Of a DNA stretch of 64,000 nucleotides, positions 25,610 to 35,390 are shown in pieces (the stretch's first letter is position 1; each line of letters begins with the position of its first letter). Origin of the DNA: Squalus acanthias (lineage: Eukaryota); NCBI GenBank assembly GCA_030390025.1, contig CM059432.1, positions 118,298,001 through 118,362,000 on the forward strand. Reading direction: 5' to 3'. A program made the position numbers and the translations under genes. The notes under the pieces were generated by a model. The model was given only the letters and a program-made list of their open reading frames with translations. It did not search any database and had not been told where the DNA came from.

Positions 25610-27418
25610 TCATTGGGTATGGTTAGACGGTCCTGCGGCACCTACGGGGCCGGTAGCAACCGCCACCTTTCCATGTGCACTCATGAAGTTGCGCATGGCT
25701 CCCAACACTGATTCGAGGTCGTTGGAAGGGGTGGGTGCACTAGCTTCCCTAGCAGAGACAGGCGTCTGGGCTCGGGCTGCGGGATTTTTATCCCTGCAAT
25801 CCTTCCAAGGGTTCCTGCAGTTCTTGCGCCAGTGCCCTGTCCTCCCACACCCGTAACAAGCATTACTTGCCTGCGGGGCGCGGTTACCCTCCTGATGCCA
25901 CTCCCTTTGAGCCGGGGCTGCGGGTCGTACCTCATGTACTTTTCCCTTAAGGGGACGTGTTCCGATACCCCTTATGTTGCGATATCCTATCGTGAGTCGA
26001 TTCAAACCGACTCTTCCGTAATGTTGGGGTCATTGGGATCAAACCACGCTTTTGCCTGCTCTCTGACGGCTGGTAAACTGTTGGCTACTATGCACCTAAG
26101 CCAATGATTTAAACCGGCGCCGTCCACATCGTCGCGCTCTAGCGTACCTGGACAGCTGCGCTGATATACTGGCCACAGCCTGTCGGCAAAAACCTTCGGG
26201 GGGTTCTCCCTCCATCTGCACTGTCTGTCCCACTCTAGCAAACGGACCTTCATCGTCCGCCCCCAACACTTCTAGGACCTCATTTTTCAATGCCTCATAA
26301 GTCTTGGTTCCCCTCTTGCTCTCGTCCGAGAGACACTGAAGGATTGAACTGCCTAACGAAAATAACAGCATTTTTGCTGTTTCCCCATCATCGCAGCCGT
26401 TGATGGCTGCGGTTTGCTCAATTTCTCTGAAATGTACGGAAGGGTCGTCTGTCTCGGTCAGCTTCCGTACGTGATTTATCATAACTCTCAGCTGGTGTGA
26501 GCTGTGAGGCAACACAAGCTGGTTGAGGAGATCCCCTGGTTCCTCCCCACCGTTTCTGTTTGGGCCCCTTTTTATACCCGTAACTGGATACAACGGTCCC
26601 TTTTCCACTTCTTTCTCAATGGGCTCTTTCGTTTCTTCCACTACTTCCTCCCTTACCCAGGTTTCCGAATAGCTGGGTGGCGCGGAGGGCGCAGTGGCTA
26701 ATACTTCCTCTGCTTTACTTGGTGGGGACCTCTGAAACTCCTCATTTACTAGCGGCTGGTGTGCTGACGGACTGATAAGGCACACCATGCCGTGCGCTTT
26801 GTTCACGGCCTTTTTGAGGTGCTCTATCTCTTTTTGGCAGGCGCTATGATCGGCCCCCTGAAACTTATCCTCAAGGGCCAACTTATATGCCGCCCTAACC
26901 CCCGTTAAGCTCTCTTCCTGGGTTCTTATCTGGGCAGCTTGGCGGGCACATCGTTCCTTTAGTCTGCCCTCACTTAACTTTGCCTCAGTGACCTGGCACT
27001 CGAGGTAATCTATCCTTGTTTTATGGTGACTGGTGATTTCCTGGCGTTCTTGGTGCAGCACACTTAAATTCCTAATGAGCAATTCCCCTCCAGAGACCTT
27101 CTCATCCATTTCCCCTTCTAAATGCCTGATCCGAGCTGTTAGCGCTGTAATGACCTGGTTTGAAATCTGGACCTGCCTTTTGTAACACATTAGCCAGACT
27201 GCTTTCTCGATTGTCTTTTTATGTTCCTTACTATCTGTCCACCTTTCGGCTGCCTCTAGTGGACTCTTATCCGCTAACAATTCACTTATCCATTTCTTAG
27301 TTAGATTAACCTTTCCGAATACATAATCTGCTATCTTTTCCTGCATAACATTTCGTACAGTCACACCAAAGTCTAACACACTACCCTCTCGCTGCCAGTG
27401 TCCTGCCGCGGTCGCCAT
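25610..27418 (-). pseudogene. gag: gag (coiled-coil N-terminus, late domains, capsid-like region, CCHC knuckle); two 1-nt frameshifts (about 26200 and 26005)
   Basis: The ORFs 26096-27418, 26002-26253 and 25610-26005 join by single-base indels; CYGCGRTGHWRKNC knuckle; PSAPPSY motif. Confidence 0.88.
27400..27417 (-). promoter_or_regulatory. Primer-binding site (tRNA-Ser-like, imperfect)
   Basis: TGGCGACCGCGGCAGGAC begins 5 nt after the 5' LTR end; partly resembles the complement of vertebrate tRNA-Ser 3' ends. Confidence 0.6.
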
Positions 27419-27422
27419 TTTC

Positions 27423-29076
27423 TGTAAGGGTTTTGACCGTCTCTCAGCCTGTGAGATTCGTGTGGCTCTGTGCAGCCTGGATGCTAGTGCGAGGTTAGGC
27501 CTTGTTGCCTGTTCTGGTCTCCAGCCAGTCTGGGAGCACTAGACACCTGTGAATGGTTCGAATCACTCGCCCTTACGGTTCTAGACACTGGACTTAGATG
27601 CGAGAGCAATAATGGAGATGAAACTCAGGTAGACTCGGTTGAATGGTACGAAATGGAAAATCTTTATTGCATAATACTTAAGATTACGAAATACATGTCA
27701 TAAGCACAGATTAATGACAGTACAATCTTACACGCAGTTATGTAACTGATTTCAGGGAAACGAGGAACGAACGACACACCGTAAATGGGGGCACACATTA
27801 CAATTATCCTTAATACTTGAAACCCTCCCCTATCAATATCTGTCCTAAGCTAGATTCGTAGGATTCGAGACTCATGCTCACCACTCGTGATAACTCGGAG
27901 AATTCCGAAAACTCTGATCGGATGTTTTTCACCGCAGTACCCACGTGTCGATCAGGGGGTCTCCTGGCCCCACTTGTTTACTCGTTCTGCTCCGGCTAGC
28001 AGGCTGGAACGTCTGCTGTCATGAAGATCTGTGTTGTCCTCGGAGTTCCGACTATACTCAAAAAAGAGTCTTCCTGTGCCCTCACACCGGTTCAATAAAA
28101 CTCGAAGAAGAGTCTTCCTGTGTCAGTTCTGTAGAACTCAAAGAAGTCTTCCTGGCAAGGAAAATGTCTATTCGACCTACAGGCGCGGTCGGGGCTTACT
28201 GACCGTGGCGATAAGTATGGTCTTCGTCTCTTCCCATCTCATCTCATCTCATCTCTTCTCGGGCCTTTGGTTCCGATACCGGTTACCAACACAGGTCTTC
28301 GCGACCTGACACGAGGTAGATCCGAGCGGATCACAAAGTTCAACAGTCTTTTAAAAGAGACACGAGGCAAGCAGGAACAAGACGGCGAGTCAAAAACACA
28401 GGATCAGCCACGAGGATGAACACCAGCAAGATACGAAGATAAGAGAGAGATGGACGGTTGGAGCTTGTAATTATAGTACAAAATCTTCCGTTTCCCGCCC
28501 AACCTTAATGTCTTTTCCTTTTGTTAGGGTTTGGCGCTCAAATGTCTTGTATAGGTGATCTCCATTTTTAATGGGTTTCGGGGCTACTCGTAAATGTCTG
28601 AGTACCTGTTAATATTTCTCCCATTGTTTAATCGGTCGGTGTTCTCCCTGGAGGGGTTTTGGGGCCTCCAAGTGTTTTCTGTAACTACCCGCTAACGGTT
28701 CTCTCATCGTAGAGTCGTTGGGATTTTACATATTAATGTCTTTGGATGGGTTCTTGATTACTGGGTACAATAGCTTTCATTCGTACCTGGGAGACCGATT
28801 TCAGTATCTATGTGTATACTACAAACCCAAGATGTCTCGTGTATTATCTTCAATATGCTGAATCTTAATCGATCTTGCACAAATGTTTATTGGAACGCCA
28901 TCTTGTCTGCCTGCTGAAAAGTCTAGAATGTTCTGTCACGAGGTGCGGCGGCCATTTTACAAGCTGCTTGTGTCCACTTTGAAACCTGACAGCATTCTGC
29001 TGAAATAAAAGCTGTTTGAACGAAACTATGTGTTTTCTCCTTATTAATAAAATCGCGATATATTGCGAATTCTACA
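27423..29076 (-). repeat. 5' LTR (1654 bp), with TATA-like TATAATTA (28468-28475) and AATAAA (27663-27668)
   Basis: Direct repeat of 15948-17601; GC box and CGGAAG upstream of the TATA-like element. Confidence 0.97.
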
Positions 29077-29736
29077 GACTCCTCCATCACCATCCCTGAG
29101 TATGTCCTGTCCCACCGGCAGGACAGACCCACCAGGGGTGGCGGCACAGTGGTATATAGTCGGGAAGGAGCGGCCCTGCGAGTCCTCAACATTGACTCCA
29201 GACCCTATGAAGTCTCATGGCTTCAGGTCAAGAATGGGCAAGGAAACCTCCTGCTAATTACCACCTACCGTCCTCCGTCAGCTGATGAATCAGTATTCCT
29301 CCATGTTGAACACCACTTGAAAGAAGCACTGCGAGTATCAAGGGCTCAGAATGTACTCTGGGTGGGGGACTTCAATGTCCATCACCAAGAGTGGCTCAGT
29401 AGCATCACTGCTGACCGAGCTGGCCGAGTCCTGAAGGACATAACTGCCAGACTGGGCCTGCAACAGGTGGTGAGAGAACCAATCTGTAACCTCATGGCCT
29501 GGTGTATCCCTCACTCTACCATTAACATCAAGCCAGGCGACCAACCCTAAATCAAGGAGGAGTGCAGAAGAGCATGTCAGGAGCAGCACCAGGCGAACCT
29601 AAAAATGAATTGCCAACCTGGGGAAGCTGCAACACAGGACTACATGCATGACAAACAACGGAAGCAGCATGCTATAAACAGAGCTAAGCAATCTCACAAC
29701 CAGCGGATCAAATCAAAGCTATGCAATCCTGCCACA

Positions 29737-29850
29737 TAGAATCATAGAATCATAGAATGGTTACAGCACGGAAGAAGGCCATTCAGCCCATCGAGCCCGT
29801 GCAGGCTCTCTGCAAGAGAACCTCAAATAGTCCCACTCCCCCACCCTTTC
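29737..29850 (-). mobile_element. Short CR1 3' tail insertion
   Basis: (CATAGAAT)n tail plus CR1 3'UTR, flanked by CCACAT repeats. Confidence 0.65.
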
Positions 29851-32800
29851 CCACATCCAGTCGTGATTGGTGGTGGACCATTAAACAACTGACGGGAGGA
29901 GGAGACTTCATGAACATCCCCATCCTCATAGATGGTGGAGCCCAGCATGTGAGTGCAAAAGACAAGGCTGAAGCGTTTTCAACCATCTTCAGCCAGAAGT
30001 GCCGAGTGGATGATCCATCTCGGCCTCCTCCCGAGGTCCCCACCATCACAGAAGCCAATCTTCAGCCAATTCGATTCACTCCACGTGAAATCAAGAAATG
30101 GCTGAGCGCACTGGATACAGCAAAGGCTATGTGCCCCGACAATATCCCGGCTGTCGTGCTGAAGGCTTGTGCTCCAGAATTAGCCGCGCCTCTAGCCAAG
30201 CTGTTCCAGTACAGCTACAACACTGGCATCTACCTGACAATGTGGAAAACTGCCCAGGCATGTCCTGTCCGCAAAAAACAGGACAAATCCAACCCGGCCA
30301 ATTAACACTCCATCAGTCTTCTCTCAATCACCAGCCCAAGTGATGGAATGGTGTTGTCAACAGTGCTATCAAGCGGCACTTATTCACCAATAACCTGCTC
30401 ACCAATGCTCAGTTTGGGTTCCGCCAGGACCACTTGGCTCCAGATCTCATTACAACCTTGGACCAAACATGGACAAAGGAGCTGAATTCCAGAGGTGAGG
30501 TGAGAGTGACTACCCTTGACATCAGACAGCACTTGACCGAGTGTGGCATCAAGGAGCCCTAGTAAAATTGAAGTCAATAGGAATCAGGGGAAAGACTAGC
30601 CACTGGCTGAAGTCATACAAAGGAAGATGGTTGTGGTAGTTGAAGGCCAATCATCTTAGACCCAGGACCTTACTGCAGGAGTTCCTCAGGGCAGTGTCCA
30701 AGGCCCAACCATCTTCAGTTGCTTCATCAATGACCTTCCCTCCATTATAAGGTCAGAAGTGGGGATGTTCACTGATGATTGCACAGTGTACAGTTCCATT
30801 CGCAACTCCTCAGATAATGGAGCAGTTCATGCCCGCATGCAAATAACATTCATGCCACTCAAGTGCCAGGCAATGACTATCTCCAACAAGAGAGCATCTA
30901 ACTACCGCCCCTTGACATTCAACGGCATTACCATTGTCGAATCCTCCAACATCAACATCCTGGGGGTCATCATTGACCAGAAACTTAACTGGACCAGCCA
31001 CACAAATATTGTGGCTACAAGAGCAGGTCAGAGGCTGGGTATTCTGTGGCGAGTGTCTCACCTCCTGACACCCCAAAGCCTTTCCACCATTTACAAGGGA
31101 CATGTCAGGAGTGTGATGGAATACTCTCCACTTGCCTGGATGAGTGCAGATCCACCAACACTCAAGAAGCTCGACACCATTCAGGACAAAGCAGCCCGCT
31201 TGATTGGCACCCCATCTACCACCTTAAACATTCACTTCCTCCACCACCGGCATACCGTGGCTGCAGTGTGTTCCATCTACAAGATGCACTCAGCAACTCG
31301 CCAAGGCTTCTTCGACCGCACTCCCCAAACCCACAACCTCTACCACCTAGAAGGACAAGGGCAGCAGGCGCATGGGAACACCACCACCTCCAAGTTCCCC
31401 TCCAAATCACACACTATCCTGACTTGGAAATATATCGGCGTTCCTTCATCGTCGCTGGGTCACAATCCTGGAACTCGTTCCCTAACAGCACTGTGGGATT
31501 ACCTTCACCTCACAGACTGCAGCGGTTCAAGAAGGCGGCTCACCACCACCTTCTCAAGAGCAATTAGGAATGGGCAATGCCAGCAACGCCCACATCCATC
31601 CCAGGAACAAATAAAATAAAAGTGATCCAATTAGGTAAAAGTTCAAGTCTGTAGTCACTTTCACAACCATTGATAGCGCTATTGGTGTCATTGGTCTTGT
31701 CTGAAGCTTCACTCAAGTTGATGACATAATTCAGTAATGCCTTTCTGGTGAGGTGTATGTGATGAAGGCAGATCATGAACATATCCATGTACTTGTGCCT
31801 TGGCCTGCAGATACAACAGTTTGGGTAATAATGAGCGTCAATAGTCTGCCTCAGATGGAAATGGACTTGTCTCTAGTTCCTTCTCATGTTCTTCTCTTCC
31901 TCCAAAACAAGAAGAAAGAGAGGAATACCCAAAGGAATTCCTATCTCCTGAATTTCATTTGTAGCCTTACATTTCAGCTGCCAACAATCCAGAGATGGAA
32001 AATACAGGTCTGAAAATAAATTCAATAAATGCAAAAACTAAGCTTGAAAGACAAACCAGTAACTCATACAACAAAAAATATGTTTCAAAAAAACTTATTC
32101 AAATCAAATGACACAGTACATTCATAGCAAAAAAAAACCTGGGAAATAGTGCCAACCCGTACTTGAAATATATTAGCACAAATGTTAAAGGGTTAATGTG
32201 GCTATGGCACAAAATATGTGATAGGCCTCAGGACATGAAATGTTTGTGCATTATGTGAGAAATAAGTTAGCTCGCCCTGCTCTCTAACTTCTGCTCTACT
32301 GCCGCACCTGATCAAGAAATACACCCTGTTATATATGATTATAACTGGACTTCACTGATTCAGTAACTTAATTTGCCATTGCTGTAAATTAGAACTGAAA
32401 ACAAGACGCAATTGGTTCAACAATAACTGAATGGAGTTACTACTGATAAACTGTCCAAAATGTCTTATTATCTGTAAGACTGAAAATAGGGATTATTGTG
32501 ATACTACTAATGTGGTGATAGAGGATAGATCATGAAATTTCATGGAATATATGCTTTATATATTTAGTTGGTTGAACGGATAACTCAAAAGTGACAAAGA
32601 AGCACATTCCAGTGTGAATGCTGGGCTGGTTGCCCTGACATCACTATTACAGGAGTTCTCAATTATGATATAATCTCAATGTTATGTAAAAGAAATCATG
32701 GAGATTGCATTATAACTAACCATTATAGATTGTGAATATGGCTATGTTTAGAATTCCCTTTGAATGCCCCCAATGCACATTACAAGTGGGCTTCCTGTTA

Positions 32801-33133
32801 GGATGCGGCATAAACCCGCTTTTGATGCCCCTGAAATTAATATTTTCCCTAATATTGAAAGAAATCAGCATGTTACGTTATTGAATTGTTATTTAAAGTG
32901 AACCCTGTTCTTGATACATTTGTGAACATCTCCAATATTTGCACTCATCAATATACTTTAGCAATATATCTCACCATTTCTCAAGTGGCAAGGCATCTGC
33001 AGCCTCTCCGTTTATGTTCGCAGATGAGATGAGTAATTGTTATTGCTAAAAAAAATAGTTTGTCAAAAGCAGAGTTTACACAAACCTCAGAAAGTTTAGT
33101 CGTGAGATCTGCAGTGGAGACTGATTTTTAATT

Positions 33134-33866
33134 GGCCGGATATTCCGATCCCTATGGGTGAGTACGCGCTGTGCACCCACCCGTAGGGACATCGGAAATG
33201 CCGGTTTCAGGCATGCACAGCGCATGCGCTGAAAACCGGCATTTCTGATCTGTCAAGAATCCTCTTGACAGATCCTCCGGTTGCCCTGGAGAAGGGCCTC
33301 TGCGGGCAGAGAGTTCTGCTTTTTGGAGACCCTCCGCCCGCAGAAAACCCTTACAATTCTTACACCTGGTAAAAGGATAAGAGTAGAAAAAAAAGTAAAT
33401 AAAATTTTTTTTCACTGATTTATCATTTAAAAATACTTTTAAAAAAGGTAAGTTTATTTTTAGCCCCGTAAAATACTTTAATTATTTTTTTCAAAAAATT
33501 ACATTTTTGTTTAAAATACTTAATTTATTGTAATTTCAAGTCATTTTAAAAATGTGATTTAAAAAAAAAATGTATTTAAAGTTTTACTATGTTTTTTCAT
33601 TGATCTCCATTCATATATTTGACAGGTCTTCCTGTCAAATGTATGAAGGGAGATTCCCTTCTGTGATTGGCTCCCCATGGCCCACGTGATCCCAGGGACG
33701 CTGCGAACTACATGCGCCCCTGGGATATGTGGGCCCTGCAACCTGGTGTTTGGAGAGGCCCAACATCGGAACTGTGCGCGTCCCGGGAGCCCTCAGGTAA
33801 GGGCGCAGATTTTTCCAGATCGCAGGCCTCTGCCCGCGGGAGGCCTGCGATCGGAAAATACAGGCC
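33134..33866. mobile_element. Non-autonomous Harbinger-like MITE, related to 8651-9415
   Basis: TIR-like ends GGCCGGATATTCCGATC / GATCGGAAAATACAGGCC; shared internal blocks (AAAGGTAAGTTTATTTTT, CCATGGCCCACGTGATCCCAGGG). Confidence 0.7.
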
Positions 33867-34371
33867 GATGTGATCTTCCTATAAGTTCTGAAAACTAACA
33901 CACAATTGAAAATCTGCCATTGGATTTATCAGATGCTGATAGTGCTTCATCATGTATGAGTTATCTGTCCTCTCTTTGCTGGATATGTTGCAAATGACTT
34001 GGCTGGCTGTATCACATCTGTTGCCTGGAGGTACAACATTTTTGCCATGATGTTCTTGCAGGAATCTACAAGCTAATGGGGGAATAGCCTTCACAATCTG
34101 ATTCACTGCCTTCTTAGTCTCTCCTCTCTCTCATCCCTGAAAGGGCTACTACTGAGTGATTCTCAGAGGATTATTCAGATGATGTTAATAATTGCTTTGA
34201 GATTATTCTTGATCTTTAAAAGAACTTGAACACTCTTGCAGAGACTGTTTGGATGAAGATACAGAAATATGAAGGATGGAAGTACCTGGTCCTTTTGTAA
34301 CATGTTAATTTTGCTTGTTTAGGGAAATTAACCTTATTACTAGTTCTAACCTTGAGCAGAAACAACAACTA

Positions 34372-34820
34372 CAGAGGAACAGCACCTCATCTTTTGATTA
34401 GGCACTTTACAGCCTTCTGGACTCAACATCGAGTTCAATAATTTCAGATTATAACCTCGGCCGCCATGTTTTCTTTTATCTCTCACATGGCAGCTATTGA
34501 TGATTCTGCCATTGCCATTTAAACCTCATCTAGAGTCATATTTTGTTTCTTAACTTGTCCCATTACCATCTCCTTTTGCCTTGCACCATCATTCCATTTG
34601 TCTTTTAATCTCTCCTGCCTTCCACCCTATCACAGACCTTCCCTTTTGTTCTTTCCTCCCCTCCCTGTTTCCCTACCCCTGCACTTGCTTAAATATCTGT
34701 TACTTCTCCAACTTTTTCCAGTTCTGACAAAGGGTCATCGACCTGAAACGTTAACTCTGTTTCTCTCTCCATTATGCTGCCTGACCTGCTGAGTGTTTCC
34801 AGGATTTTCTGTTGTTGTTT
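34372..34820 (+). mobile_element. Penelope-like element 3' fragment (endonuclease C-terminus + terminal repeat with mutated hammerhead motif)
   Basis: EEQHLIF*LGTLQPSGLNIEFNNF; CTGACAA-AGGGTCATCGACCT-GAAACGTTAAC at 34724-34755. Confidence 0.75.
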
Positions 34821-35390
34821 CAACAACTACAGAAACTGGTATCAAGATTACTAAGCAATTTATTCGATTGCTGGACGACATTAAGCAACAGTTGAAGATA
34901 TTACTCACAACTGCCGAATATGGTTCTAGCTAACAGTGACAACATCATTCGGTTTAAAGTAATTATGGAAAGAGACCAGAAAATATCGAAGGTAAAAATG
35001 CTCAACTGGGAAGAGCTAATTTCAGTGATTTAAGAAGGGACCGAGCACAGGTAGATTGGGAAAGGCGACTGCCGGGAAAACAGTAAAGGAGCAATGGGGG
35101 GCATTCAGGGAAGAGATAGTTCAGGTGCAAATTAGGCATATTCCTTTGAAGGGAAAAGGTAGAGCATTCAAAGCTAACATACCCTGGATGACAAAGGAAA
35201 TAAAAGTTAAAATAAAACAGAAAAAGGAGGCTTATGACAAATGTCAGGAGCAAGATTCAGTTAATAACCAGGAAGATTATGGAAAGTACAGGAGGGAACT
35301 GAAAAAGTTAATACAAGAGGCAAAGAGAGGTAACGAGAAAAGATTAGCACCAACATTAAATTGAACCCTAAAACATTTTAGGAACATACA

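Larger units (their letters stand above)
15948..29076 (-). mobile_element. Full-length endogenous retrovirus, lokiretrovirus-like (LTR-gag-pol-env-LTR)
   Basis: TG...CA-bounded 1654-bp direct repeats; GACT TSD at 15944-15947 and 29077-29080; PBS and PPT; gag, pol with two RNase H-like domains, F-like env. Confidence 0.93.
15716..31620 (+). mobile_element. CR1-group LINE ORF2 remnant split by the ERV (15716-15947 and 29081-31620)
   Basis: The APE coding sequence reads through the GACT TSD (..GTCCCAGACT|CCTCCATCACC..); YRPPS, VGDFNVHH, GVPQGS and FTDD motifs lie downstream. Confidence 0.8.

Noticed and set aside
26195..26210. Programmed ribosomal frameshift within gag
   Set aside because: No canonical slippery heptamer, and it falls inside the capsid-like region; better explained as a 1-nt indel.
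31620..32025. Possible host exon on the minus strand after a TTATTTTCAG acceptor
   Set aside because: No sustained reading frame or recognisable protein, and no matching donor identified.
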